Source of the DNA: a virus
Lineage: Duplodnaviria; Caudoviricetes
Length of the DNA stretch: 36,945 bases
Virus record (IMG/VR): IMGVR_UViG_3300001347_000019
Coordinates: 1 to 36,945 of that record
Strand: one strand, 5' to 3'
Of the stretch, positions 18,209-28,250 are shown piece by piece; position 1 is the first letter of the stretch, and every line of letters begins with the position of its first letter. The translations under genes were made by a program, and so were the position numbers. Under the pieces are notes generated by a model, which worked only from the letters and a program-made list of their open reading frames with translations, was not told the DNA's origin and made no database searches.

Positions 18209-19194
18209 TGATAAAACGAAATTTTAATTCTACAATCCCTCATAACAAATTGAGACTACATTCCTCAGAAAGAAATACACCATGGGGGAAAGTATTTAAG
18301 GAATATAAAAAATTATTGACAGAAGAGGATTTAAAGTTTTACCCAAATACACAAGAACTACACGAACCATTATTTAAATTTTACGGGTACGATAACTTTA
18401 TGATGGGATTTGGTTCAGATAGATGCATAAAGTATTTTGTAGAATCTAATTCAAAAAAACATTGGCTTTGGGGTAGAAAGAAACTAATAATCACAGACCC
18501 AACATTTCCAATGTTTAAGGTGTACGGTGAAATGTACAATTTAAAAGTAAAACCCATTCCATATGACATTATAAAATTTCCAATAGATTCTTTTTTAAAA
18601 TCTATAAGAGAAAATTCTATTGTAATTATATCAAATCCATCATCTCCAATAGGGGATACAATTTCATATTATGATATAATTAGCATACTTGATAAAGGAG
18701 TTCCTACTTTAATAGATGAAGCATATATAGAATTTTCAAATGAAAGAAGCTGTATTGATTTAATAGATAAATACCCTAATTTATATGTTACTCGAACATT
18801 TTCAAAAGCATATGGTTCTGCAGGTGCTAGATTTGGTTTGATATTTTCTCAAAAGACAAATATAGACTATATGATTCAATATAGAGATATGTATGAGATT
18901 ACCGGACAGACTCTTAGATGGGTAGAAACTTTATGTAAAAATAAAGATGTGGCAGATGAGTACATATCAAATGTAAAAAAAACCCGTAGTGATTTATTCT
19001 TAAAGCTTCAAGATAGAGGTATCAAGTTTATACCATCATCATCTAACTGGTTTCATGTAAAAGAATCTGACTTAGGAAAACCACCAGATAATATTATATT
19101 TAAAAATAATTGCACAATTATAGGGAGAGGATGCGGTTGGGTACGTTTACAGATAACAGATAATTTAAAGGATTACAATTGGATTTTAAAGTAA
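18208..19194 (+). CDS. PLP-dependent class I/II aminotransferase-fold enzyme (HisC/CobD-like)
   Basis: PTFPMF, SNPSSPIG, IDEAYIEF, RTFSKAYGSAGARFG (PLP lysine), PSSSNW. Confidence 0.85.
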   Translation: MIKRNFNSTIPHNKLRLHSSERNTPWGKVFKEYKKLLTEEDLKFYPNTQELHEPLFKFYGYDNFMMGFGSDRCIKYFVESNSKKHWLWGRKKLIITDPTFPMFKVYGEMYNLKVKPIPYDIIKFPIDSFLKSIRENSIVIISNPSSPIGDTISYYDIISILDKGVPTLIDEAYIEFSNERSCIDLIDKYPNLYVTRTFSKAYGSAGARFGLIFSQKTNIDYMIQYRDMYEITGQTLRWVETLCKNKDVADEYISNVKKTRSDLFLKLQDRGIKFIPSSSNWFHVKESDLGKPPDNIIFKNNCTIIGRGCGWVRLQITDNLKDYNWILK

Positions 19195-19928
19195 AAGGTC
19201 ATAGTAACTATATTCTAAAATTAAAGAATAATTTAGTTAGTAAGACATCCTATAATAAGGATAGTAGATTACATGTGTCCGCAATAAAACAGAAACAATT
19301 TAAGAGTAATTTTTTTAGATCTCCGAACGTTATTGATATACATGAAAATGGTTTCAGTATGGAATACATACAAGGTCAATCATTTTCACAATTTCTCACT
19401 AGTGCAACTAAACGAGATTTAGATAACCTTATTTATAGAATTGATGGATACCTAAAGGAAAGAATAATCGGCGAAATGAATATACCAATTCAGATTCTAA
19501 AGGATAAACTCTCTTTACTACCTGGCGGTAAAAACTTATTACCTATTTTATCCAATAAAGAATCTGTAAAAGTAAAAGTGGGTTTAACCCATGGTGATCT
19601 TACTTTTTCAAATATGATTTTTGCTGAAGATATATACCTAATTGATTTTCTTGATTCTTATATAGAATCACCAACAATAGATATTGTTAAATTAAGACAA
19701 GATACTCACCTATACTGGTCATTAAATATGGTAGAGGAAGTAGTAGATTTAACTAAAATAAAAATAGGGTTGAACTACATAGATAACTGGCTCACAGATA
19801 AATACCCAGTTAAGGATTACGAATTATTTCAAATAATTAATTTACTACGTATTTATCCTTACACTAAAGACGATAAAGTAATACATTACTTAGAGAAAAA
19901 CATCAACAGGTTATGCGAACTCTTATAA
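19179..19928 (+). CDS. APH/choline-kinase-like phosphotransferase; TTG start
   Basis: MEYIQG, HGDLTFSNM (Brenner-type HGDxxxxN), IYLIDF, DIVKLRQD. Confidence 0.8.
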   Translation: MDFKVKGHSNYILKLKNNLVSKTSYNKDSRLHVSAIKQKQFKSNFFRSPNVIDIHENGFSMEYIQGQSFSQFLTSATKRDLDNLIYRIDGYLKERIIGEMNIPIQILKDKLSLLPGGKNLLPILSNKESVKVKVGLTHGDLTFSNMIFAEDIYLIDFLDSYIESPTIDIVKLRQDTHLYWSLNMVEEVVDLTKIKIGLNYIDNWLTDKYPVKDYELFQIINLLRIYPYTKDDKVIHYLEKNINRLCELL

Positions 19929-20623
19929 TTCCATGTGCAGGAAAAAGTAGTAGGTTTACTACTAAAACTCCAAAGTGGTTACTAAAACACCCAAGTGGTA
20001 ATTTAATGGTATATGAATCCATAATCGGATTACCATTGGATACATTTGATAAAATTATAGTAGTTGCTTTGAAAAGGCACCTAACTGATGAAATTATTGA
20101 CAAGATATATACTCAATTTGAATCTATACCTCAGTTTAAATTAATACAACTCAGCGAAGATACTGAAAGTGCATCCCAAACCGTTTACCAGGGTATTTCA
20201 ATATTAGATATTAGTGGCTCTATATTTATAAAAGATGCAGATGATTATTTTTTCATCAGTGAAATAGAACCAAATGAAATTTGCACATACTCATTAAATG
20301 ATTGTAAGAATATTACACCAGGAAATAAATCTTACATAAAAAAGAATGGTAATAATGAGGTGTTAACGATAGTAGAAAAAAGTGTTATCTCTGCTGATTT
20401 CTGTTGCGGTTTATATACATTTGATTCAGCACAAGAATTTGTTGAAACATATGAATCTATAGACCAAGAAAATGAAATTTATATATCTCATGTAATTTTC
20501 AAAATGATACTAAACGGTAAGCAATTTAAAAATAGAGAAACCACCCAATTCATTGATTGGGGAACTCAAGAAGATTGGGATATTTTTAATAAAGGTTATA
20601 GTAAAAATAAGTATAAAAAATAG
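19913..20623 (+). CDS. Nucleotidyltransferase (NTP_transferase, LicC/GlmU-like)
   Basis: IIPCAGKSSRF...PKWLL, KDADD, IVEK.VIS, GLYTF, EIYIS, WGTQEDW. Confidence 0.8.
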   Translation: MRTLIIPCAGKSSRFTTKTPKWLLKHPSGNLMVYESIIGLPLDTFDKIIVVALKRHLTDEIIDKIYTQFESIPQFKLIQLSEDTESASQTVYQGISILDISGSIFIKDADDYFFISEIEPNEICTYSLNDCKNITPGNKSYIKKNGNNEVLTIVEKSVISADFCCGLYTFDSAQEFVETYESIDQENEIYISHVIFKMILNGKQFKNRETTQFIDWGTQEDWDIFNKGYSKNKYKK

Positions 20624-20644
20624 TAGTAAATTTAAATTTGAAAA

Positions 20645-21493
20645 ATGAGAGTATTTGTGTTAGGAGATTCTTTTGCTGAGAATATATATGAACGTCCAAT
20701 AAAAATTCATAAAAAAGGAGCTGATATTACCTCTGATGATATAACATACCTTTCTCATAATACTGGGATTCACAGCTTTATAAAGTTACTAGCAAAGGCT
20801 AAAGGTAAATACCCTTTACACTTTACAGATTATTTTAAATTATTTGGATATGAGGTTATTAATTTTGGAGATGGTGGCTGCTCCGTCTATTCTATATATA
20901 ATCAATTTACAAAAATAGATAAGGAATTTAAAGAAGGAGATAGAATAGTAATTAATTGGACATCTCCTTGCAGATTTGATTGGATTCGAGAGGATGGTGA
21001 ATGGGACCTAACAATCATAGGTGATATAATACCAGAAGATATTCCTCAAGAACGCAAAAGAATGTTAATTGAGCAGAAACTATATAGAAGCAACAGTTTT
21101 GAGAAAGGTTTTTTAAATGAAAGGATGATACCCTTCATGTCTCACCTTATTTCCCTACACAGTAAATATAAACCAATTCTATGGTCACCATTTCCTCGGA
21201 TATCGAAAATATTTGAAAATGATCAGTTTTACTTTTGGGAGGCTTCTAATGAAGTCTTTAAAAATATTATACCAGAATACAATGTACTGAGTATAATAGA
21301 AGAAACTAACCAAAGAGTAGACGATAACCACTACGGTAGATACGGAAACTTTTATACTGCTATAATTCTTAAAGAAATATTAGAGTATAGTCAAAATAAT
21401 AATATAACCAGATACACTGAAGATAAAGAATTATTTAATAGAGTAGTAGATAAAATAAAAAATACTCCCCACGGTTTTGAACCCCTATACTAA
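20645..21493 (+). CDS. SGNH/GDSL-like hydrolase or acyltransferase
   Basis: VLGDSFA block I, NFGDGGCS, INWTSPCRF, DDNHYG. Confidence 0.6.
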   Translation: MRVFVLGDSFAENIYERPIKIHKKGADITSDDITYLSHNTGIHSFIKLLAKAKGKYPLHFTDYFKLFGYEVINFGDGGCSVYSIYNQFTKIDKEFKEGDRIVINWTSPCRFDWIREDGEWDLTIIGDIIPEDIPQERKRMLIEQKLYRSNSFEKGFLNERMIPFMSHLISLHSKYKPILWSPFPRISKIFENDQFYFWEASNEVFKNIIPEYNVLSIIEETNQRVDDNHYGRYGNFYTAIILKEILEYSQNNNITRYTEDKELFNRVVDKIKNTPHGFEPLY

Positions 21494-21517
21494 TACGTAC
21501 TATAAGATATTATTTTT

Positions 21518-22054
21518 TTAGCTATAGTAAAGTTCCGGATATTCAACTATAACATGTATACCTCCTTGTGTATAAACGTGCTTGTAAGTCTCTTCTATAG
21601 ACTCCCAATTTTTTAAATCATGAAATTGTATATTAGGGCACATAGATTCGAATTCTTGTAAATAATTTCCTTTGTGCTGATACCCAGGGTCTAACGGTTT
21701 ATCTGATCCTTTTCCTAATCTTATAATCATGTTTACCTTCCATCTATCACCACTCATTAGACCAATTTTATCTACATGGTTAACTAGTTGATTTGTTGCA
21801 CAAATTAAAAAATCCCACCTCGGGTAAAAAGAAATAACAAATTTGCCTGCCATCGCCATACCTAGAGAAATACCCATTTGAGATTCTTCCATAACAGGTA
21901 ATTCAATTAACTTGTTTTTAGGTACATCAACAATCGTGGTACTCATTGGATTTCCTTGCCAAAGTACTTGTTGACCTATAAAAATAGTATCTTCCTGCTG
22001 ACCTAGGTAAGTCATTGAACTTAAGAGTGAATCTTTATATAAACTTTTTTCCAT
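21518..22054 (-). CDS. ThDP-dependent E1-beta/transketolase pyrimidine-binding subunit, lacking the C-terminal domain
   Basis: IFIGQQV, ELPVMEESQMGISLGMAMAG, RWDFLICATNQLVNH, PGYQH. Confidence 0.85.
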   Translation of the reverse strand: MEKSLYKDSLLSSMTYLGQQEDTIFIGQQVLWQGNPMSTTIVDVPKNKLIELPVMEESQMGISLGMAMAGKFVISFYPRWDFLICATNQLVNHVDKIGLMSGDRWKVNMIIRLGKGSDKPLDPGYQHKGNYLQEFESMCPNIQFHDLKNWESIEETYKHVYTQGGIHVIVEYPELYYS

Positions 22055-22059
22055 AATTT

Positions 22060-22890
22060 TTAAATTAGAGTTTTAACAGTATTGATTTTGTCTATTATAC
22101 TTGAAGCCATAACTTGATTACACTCTTTTGATGGATGATGATCTTTTGGTGTTATAGAAAAATGTTCAAGATCATTATAAATAACTAGATTTTCATTTTC
22201 ATCTGTTAGGTCTCGTATAGAGTTATAAGTTTTACCTTTATAATGCAAAGGTATAAATCTCTGTGACATAAAACTATCCGATTCAACCAAAGGGTGGTAA
22301 TCATTTTCCCAATTGAGAAAGAGTGTTTTGATTCCTTTGGATTCATAAAAAGAAAAGGTATCTTTTAACTGATTAAACACATTTTTAACATGATTTGAAT
22401 ACCATTTATCAAAATCTAAATTCTTATACTTTAACCATTTAGAAAATTCTTCTTGCTTTTTTAATGAATAGGGCGTATAGTTGTATTCAACATCATCGAG
22501 GGTGTAGGTAAAACTATTTCTATCAGGTTGGCTGGTTTGGACTATAATATATCCAATCTCATTGAAAGATAATGTATCTGTGAATAGATGGTCATATCCA
22601 TCAATGAGCCCAAAAACTCTTTTGAGGTACTGGAAAGTAGTCTCTTCTGAACCTCCGTTCTGTAACATACAGACTTCAAATGTATTAAAATGATTTGCAA
22701 CTAAACGAGGGTATCTCAATGTAGCACCATACCTTCTATGAGCATCTGTGACAAGTAAACCATCATAATCATCAGGAGCCGGTTCTTTCAAAGTAGGGAG
22801 GTTGGAGTAGTAATAAAGACCTTGACCCCAAGTGAAGGAGCACCCACCAAATACAATACCTTTGCTAATCTTATTTGAATTCGTTTTCAT
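22060..22890 (-). CDS. SGNH/GDSL-like protein
   Basis: FGGCSFTWGQG, NGGS, IVQTSQPDR, DHHPS. Start placed at MKTNSNK (22890) to reduce the overlap with the upstream gene. Confidence 0.6.
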   Translation of the reverse strand: MKTNSNKISKGIVFGGCSFTWGQGLYYYSNLPTLKEPAPDDYDGLLVTDAHRRYGATLRYPRLVANHFNTFEVCMLQNGGSEETTFQYLKRVFGLIDGYDHLFTDTLSFNEIGYIIVQTSQPDRNSFTYTLDDVEYNYTPYSLKKQEEFSKWLKYKNLDFDKWYSNHVKNVFNQLKDTFSFYESKGIKTLFLNWENDYHPLVESDSFMSQRFIPLHYKGKTYNSIRDLTDENENLVIYNDLEHFSITPKDHHPSKECNQVMASSIIDKINTVKTLI

Positions 22891-23845
22891 GTTTTTTATA
22901 CCAATTATAAGCACTTGTTAAACCGTCTTCAATACTAGTTGTTGCTTCCCACCCTAATTTTTCTTTAATTTTATTAGAATCAATTTTACGAGTTGGGATC
23001 ATAGAAGGCTTTCCACTAATAAACTCAGTCGGTGCATCAAACTTAGCAATAACTTTCATTTTTTCTAACACCTCTAATACCGAATAAACCTTATTAGAAC
23101 CAACATTATATACCTCAAACATCTCAGTTTCTTTTTCCATTATAATCTGTAATGCTTCGACAAAGTCTTCAATATACAGTAGATCCCTTAACTCACTACC
23201 ATCACCCCAAACCGGTATAGGGTTCATTTCATCTGCTACTTTTCGTATAGTAGCCGGAGTGACATGACATTTATTGAAATCATACTTATCATGTGGTCCA
23301 AATAAATTTGCTGGTCTAACAACAGTACATTTCATCTTTACAGGTAAATACTTACCATATAACTCGCATTGAATTTCAGCATACCTCTTCATCCAACCTA
23401 CAGGAAAGTAAACCGGGTAAGGTTCATCAAATAGAAAATCAGTTTCGACAACAGGTACATCTCCTTTTGGTGGATAAACCGTATTGGAAGATAAAAATAT
23501 ATAATGTTTAATACTATTTCTCCAACTGGCATCAATTAGAAAATTATTCATAGCAACATTAGGTGTAACATGTGCTAGAGGGTCAACCACAGTGTCTACT
23601 GCATTTGAAGTACTTGCCGCACAATGATACACAACATCAATATTTTTAGTTGCTTTTAGACATTCTTCGTAGTTCTGTAAATCATGACTAGAGTAGTGAA
23701 CACCCTTTAACATTTCTCTAACATTCCTAGTATGTAAATTAACTACTAAGCTTTTATACCCGTCCTTGTGTAACCGAGCTACTAAATTTTGACCAACCAA
23801 ACCGGAACCTCCGGTTATTAGTATTCTTGAATTTTTACTTATCAT
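22871..23845 (-). CDS. NAD(P)-dependent nucleotide-sugar epimerase/reductase (GDP-fucose-synthase-like extended SDR)
   Basis: ITGGSGLVG, RPANLFGPHD, HVTPATI, VWGDGSELRDLLYIED. The canonical YxxxK reads VGWMK. Confidence 0.85.
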   Translation of the reverse strand: MISKNSRILITGGSGLVGQNLVARLHKDGYKSLVVNLHTRNVREMLKGVHYSSHDLQNYEECLKATKNIDVVYHCAASTSNAVDTVVDPLAHVTPNVAMNNFLIDASWRNSIKHYIFLSSNTVYPPKGDVPVVETDFLFDEPYPVYFPVGWMKRYAEIQCELYGKYLPVKMKCTVVRPANLFGPHDKYDFNKCHVTPATIRKVADEMNPIPVWGDGSELRDLLYIEDFVEALQIIMEKETEMFEVYNVGSNKVYSVLEVLEKMKVIAKFDAPTEFISGKPSMIPTRKIDSNKIKEKLGWEATTSIEDGLTSAYNWYKKHENEFK

Positions 23846-23874
23846 ATTCTATTTGTTATTTTATTAACTTTTAT

Positions 23875-24137
23875 TTATATTGATTTTATATTGGAGTCTC
23901 TTTCCTCAATCTCATTATAAAGTATTGGAGATTTATAATTAACAGTTGGATTATTCGGATCACTGTAATCATATCTACATTGTAGAATAGACTCTCTATT
24001 TTATCTATCTCAGTTTTAAGTTCGTTGGTTTTAGAATCAAAGTATATACTTTCATCCTTATCCATAAGGTCATGTGGATCACCTACATAAAAACCTTCTT
24101 TTAAAAAATCATCTGGAGGAATTGGTATAGAATTCAT
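23875..24137 (-). pseudogene. Probable frameshifted, truncated gene remnant
   Basis: The 83-aa ORF turns into an atypical I/L-rich tail after an A4 run (23999-24002). Adding one A gives ...EIDKNRESILQCRYDYSDPNNPTVNYKSPILYNEIEERDSNIKSI*, ending at 23875. Confidence 0.45.
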
Positions 24138-25041
24138 AAACTTCTTTTAATCTTACAATAAATGATTTAGTTGGTAAAGTATTATAATGTGCTTGCTTTG
24201 TAATATCCATTAATCTCTTTAAGTCACCGTTAGGTTTTGATGTATCCCATTTGATATCTAAATCTTTTCCACTAATACTAGCTATATTATCGACTATCTC
24301 TTTGATTGAAATCTCAATTCCGGACCCAAAATTAACAATATCGTTTATTTGATTAGTATACATTTTTATAATAGCATCCGCTACATCACCGGCGTAAACA
24401 AAATCTCTAATTGGTGATCCATCACCCCAGCATACAATTTCATTCTTTGCTTCTGCAACTTTTTTAATTGTTGAAGCTATCACAGTACCGAATCCACTAA
24501 AATCATCATATTCACCGAATATGTTTGCTGGTCTTATAATTGACCATTTATTATAGTCATACTGTACCTTGTAAGCACCAAGAAGTATTTCTCCCATTCT
24601 TTTACTCCAACTAGGGTACCAATCAGCCTCAGAGGGAAGAGTCTTCCAAACAGTATCTTCAATAAATACCTCAGCCGGAGCATATACCCCTACCGAACTA
24701 ACAAATACTAACCAAATATCTTGCTTAGCACATTGGTTTATAATCTCAGTATTGATTTTGAAAGAAGGGTAAAGAAAATCGACCGGACTATTTTTAGCCT
24801 TTAAAGGTGATCCTTTTATACCGAATGTATTAAATACCGCATTAAATTTATTACTCGAAAAAATATTTTCAATTACATTACTTTTAATTAGATCAGCTTC
24901 AATAAAAGACCATCCATCTATAGGAAGGTGTTTACTGCGGTATAAATCAACCCCTACTACATCGTAACCTAGTCCGATACATTTTTTTACTAAATGTGTT
25001 CCCACTAGACCACTACACCCTGTTATTAGTATTTTTTTCAT
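24109..25041 (-). CDS. Second GDP-fucose-synthase-like extended SDR epimerase/reductase
   Basis: ITGCSGLVG, RPANIFGEYD, CWGDGSPIRDFVYAGDVA, WDTSKPNG. The YxxxK position reads PSWSK. Confidence 0.85.
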   Translation of the reverse strand: MKKILITGCSGLVGTHLVKKCIGLGYDVVGVDLYRSKHLPIDGWSFIEADLIKSNVIENIFSSNKFNAVFNTFGIKGSPLKAKNSPVDFLYPSFKINTEIINQCAKQDIWLVFVSSVGVYAPAEVFIEDTVWKTLPSEADWYPSWSKRMGEILLGAYKVQYDYNKWSIIRPANIFGEYDDFSGFGTVIASTIKKVAEAKNEIVCWGDGSPIRDFVYAGDVADAIIKMYTNQINDIVNFGSGIEISIKEIVDNIASISGKDLDIKWDTSKPNGDLKRLMDITKQAHYNTLPTKSFIVRLKEVYEFYTNSSR

Positions 25042-27608
25042 TATATTAATTTCTTTTTAGTATAATTCTCCTTAATATTAATTTTACGAGGTAGATCACA
25101 TAATCCTAATAGAAAATCTCTATCTCTATGATTATTAGCCCATTTTAAAGATTTTTTATAATTATCAGTAAACCTCTTTTTGTTATTCTTATAAAACTCT
25201 ATAAAAAATTCTTTATTATCGTTAATTCTTTTTACTTCCTTGACGAATTGAAATAACCTATCCCTGTGATTAAGAACCGTATCATAACTATGATCTATAA
25301 TATCATCAAACCAATCGAAATCATAATGATTTTTAATTTCGGTAATATGATACGGAGATGCAAGTATTAGAGGAAATTGCATAACATAAAATGCTTTGAA
25401 AGACTTCTCACTAATATGTAAAACATCTGAATCAAACTCTGTTTCGGTGGTTATGTTAAAATATGAATTTTCAAAAGTTTCTTTTATATAAGTCTCTCCC
25501 CAATTGATAGAATCTGTGTCTTCCCTACTATCAAACCAAGTAAACTGCTCTTCATATTTATTTTTTTTCTGTTCTATATTTTGAAAATAATCAATTTCTT
25601 CCTGTAGTTCAACTACATCTGCATCATTTAGTACATTACAGTAGAAAACTATATGTATATTTTTAGCATTCCATCCGTTAACTAAAGACCAATCTACATT
25701 GTCTATAATATTATTTTTCTTTAATAACGAAAGTAGTGCATACCTATGAGGCCTGGGTCTCCTATTTTGACATAGGAAAAAAGCTCCCTCCTTATCTGTT
25801 TTAAAATCAAGAGTGCCCATCTGTTTGCGCATAATTAAAGCAATCTGATCTCTTAGTATTGATGTAACGTGAAAATTAATATCACTTTTTAGTCTTTTCT
25901 TATAATCATTTAACTGTATATTGTTATTAGCAATCCATAATTGTTTTTGATTTATATTGAGCTCAACAGCCCATTCGTGAATAGCTTTAACAGTTTCAAA
26001 GTTTTCATATTCATGTTCATTCATCATAATAATATTAAAGTTAGGAAACTTTAATACTGTATCAATAACCTCGGCAGGCATCGGCAACAACCCCTCTCTG
26101 AGATTAGAGAGTATCCTATTAGGAGTTAATATTATAAAATAAAAGAATCTTCTATCTGGATAATTAGCTATATCCTCTAATGGGTACCTTCTAACTAGAA
26201 CCCCTGGAAAATGTAAAGGACCTAGAGGTGAGTCAATATTCATTAAGAAACCTGTATAAACCTCCCTACAATTAGGATTATCAGGAAATTGCAGTTTCTC
26301 ATTCCAATTATCATATATAAGATTGAGGTTACCAGTCGGTGGTTTAACCCCTAAACTATCTAAATAACCAAAAAACCTATAATCGTGGATATTGTTAAGA
26401 TTTTCAAGTACTTCACGGTTGTTAATAAATCTTTCTTTATTTTTTTTATAAAACTCTATAAAAAAATCTTTTTTACCGTTGATTCTTTTTATTTCTTTAA
26501 CAAAGGCAGCAAGCCTTTCTCTGTCATTTACAATATTATCATAATCGTGATTTATTACATCATCAAAAAAATCTATATCGGGATAGGCTTTTCTAAAATA
26601 ATAACCATGACGGTAGGATGCTAGGATAAGAGGAAATTGAAAATAAAGAAACGGCTTAAAAGACTTTTCTGATATATGAACATCCTCATTATAGAAATTA
26701 GACTCAGTTACAATATTAAAATATGAGTTCTCATAAGTATTAGGTTCAAAAAAGATTGATTGATTATCCCGCTTATCAAATTCATTTCTATCAATTTCGT
26801 ATTTACTTTTTTGTATTGTGATAGAACGAAAAAACTCAATCTCCTGAGATACTTCATGATATTTTTGTGGATTCAAAACCCGTAAGTAATCTTCCTCCAC
26901 AAAATCAGCATTATTATCCCAACCGTTAATTAAAGACCAGTTTATATCTCCTAATAGGTCGTAGTTTTTTAATAAACACAGCAAACCGTATCTATGTATT
27001 CTAGGAGACCTATTGTGACATAGAAAAAAAGAACCCGGATCTTTATCAGATTTAAAGTTTAATACCTTGTCCTCATCCTCTATAGCATTTAACATTGTAC
27101 GGGTGGTATAAACTTGCGCACTAATGCTCAAATCTGCTTTATAGTCTTCTAGTTTTTCATTATTACTCACAAGAATAGTACGAGTAGGATCTAGTTTTAA
27201 TGTCTGTACGAGTTTTTCTAAAGAAACTAGAGAATCTTTAGGTTCAAATTCACATTCATTCATTAGGAGTAAATATAAATTTGAGTTTTGATTAAACATC
27301 CGAATAACTTCATTATCAACAGGCATTTTATCATGAGCAAACGAATCCCTAAAGAAACTTTCTCTGCACCAAACATAATAAAAGAAAACCTCATCTGGGT
27401 ATTTTATAACATCTTCTAACTTTCTTGGTACTGTTTTAACTGAAGGAAGAACTGAGATCATATTCATTTCAGTTAACCACCGTCTATCAGCACCAGGCTG
27501 AGGTGTAATATTGGTTTTAGGTCTATTAGGTTTCGGAATATTTTTTTCTAAATCCCAATCGTCATAGACGAGGTTTAAAACAATTTCTTTTTTACTCTGG
27601 TTTGACAT
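25041..27608 (-). CDS. Internally duplicated protein (two ~417-aa halves), putative double GT-B glycosyltransferase
   Basis: Each half has LNL.YD.W, FFLC.NR.PR.HRY.LL.LLK, ENSYFNI.TE...HISEKSFK.F..QFPLILAS and D.FDD.I.H.YD. The second half starts near 26330. Confidence 0.6.
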   Translation of the reverse strand: MSNQSKKEIVLNLVYDDWDLEKNIPKPNRPKTNITPQPGADRRWLTEMNMISVLPSVKTVPRKLEDVIKYPDEVFFYYVWCRESFFRDSFAHDKMPVDNEVIRMFNQNSNLYLLLMNECEFEPKDSLVSLEKLVQTLKLDPTRTILVSNNEKLEDYKADLSISAQVYTTRTMLNAIEDEDKVLNFKSDKDPGSFFLCHNRSPRIHRYGLLCLLKNYDLLGDINWSLINGWDNNADFVEEDYLRVLNPQKYHEVSQEIEFFRSITIQKSKYEIDRNEFDKRDNQSIFFEPNTYENSYFNIVTESNFYNEDVHISEKSFKPFLYFQFPLILASYRHGYYFRKAYPDIDFFDDVINHDYDNIVNDRERLAAFVKEIKRINGKKDFFIEFYKKNKERFINNREVLENLNNIHDYRFFGYLDSLGVKPPTGNLNLIYDNWNEKLQFPDNPNCREVYTGFLMNIDSPLGPLHFPGVLVRRYPLEDIANYPDRRFFYFIILTPNRILSNLREGLLPMPAEVIDTVLKFPNFNIIMMNEHEYENFETVKAIHEWAVELNINQKQLWIANNNIQLNDYKKRLKSDINFHVTSILRDQIALIMRKQMGTLDFKTDKEGAFFLCQNRRPRPHRYALLSLLKKNNIIDNVDWSLVNGWNAKNIHIVFYCNVLNDADVVELQEEIDYFQNIEQKKNKYEEQFTWFDSREDTDSINWGETYIKETFENSYFNITTETEFDSDVLHISEKSFKAFYVMQFPLILASPYHITEIKNHYDFDWFDDIIDHSYDTVLNHRDRLFQFVKEVKRINDNKEFFIEFYKNNKKRFTDNYKKSLKWANNHRDRDFLLGLCDLPRKINIKENYTKKKLI

Positions 27609-27617
27609 AAGCTAGTC

Positions 27618-28250
27618 TTAAAACACCACCCATTTACCTGTACCGTAATGTGGCCATTTCTTTTTGTAATCATACCAAATAACATCACTTGGTATTTCTC
27701 TTTTTTTATCATTCCAAGTCTTCTCGGTAGGGGTATTAGTTGAAACACCATTGTCCTCCACAATAAAGACTATAGGGAGATTGTAGTTAGTAGCATATTT
27801 GTGCATTTCATAGAAACCTCCGGTTTCAAAAGCCATATCTCCTATAAAGCAGAATACCTTATCATCCTTACCGTCTATCTTATTAGCCATCGCTATACCG
27901 GTTGCTATTGGTATAATTGCACCAACTATTGCTGATGCATAGAATTTATACTCTTCACTAACGATAGTAATAGAACGGCCAGCCAGAATTTCACCCGCCA
28001 ACCACTTTGAAGGTACACCTTTCAACAGAGCATGATAATGAGAACGCCATGTTGAGAACACCCAATCGGTAGGTTTAATTCTTTTACAAATTTCAATTAA
28101 CTCATCTTCATTCCCACCACTCAAGTGAACAGGTCCTTTTATTTTACCTAATTCCCAATCTACTACTATATCTTTTTCAAACTGCTCTAAACCTTCTTTG
28201 TCGTAGAGGGTCTCTTTTACTATCGGGTATTGTTCTAAATTTTTTATCAT
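27618..28250 (-). CDS. ThDP-dependent E1-alpha-like subunit (short form)
   Basis: GPVHLSGGNE, STWRSHYH, ThDP motif GDMAFETG...VEDNG. ATG at 28250 overlaps the rmlC stop (ATGA). Confidence 0.85.
   Translation of the reverse strand: MIKNLEQYPIVKETLYDKEGLEQFEKDIVVDWELGKIKGPVHLSGGNEDELIEICKRIKPTDWVFSTWRSHYHALLKGVPSKWLAGEILAGRSITIVSEEYKFYASAIVGAIIPIATGIAMANKIDGKDDKVFCFIGDMAFETGGFYEMHKYATNYNLPIVFIVEDNGVSTNTPTEKTWNDKKREIPSDVIWYDYKKKWPHYGTGKWVVF

Noticed and set aside
20633-20640. TAAATTTG matching the Bacteroidota -7 promoter consensus
   Set aside because: Only 4 nt from the ATG and no -33 TTTG upstream; likely chance in AT-rich DNA.
21518-28250. Pyruvate dehydrogenase or transketolase as an auxiliary central-metabolism gene pair
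   Set aside because: Subunits are truncated, no E2/E3 is present in the window, and they are embedded among nucleotide-sugar genes.
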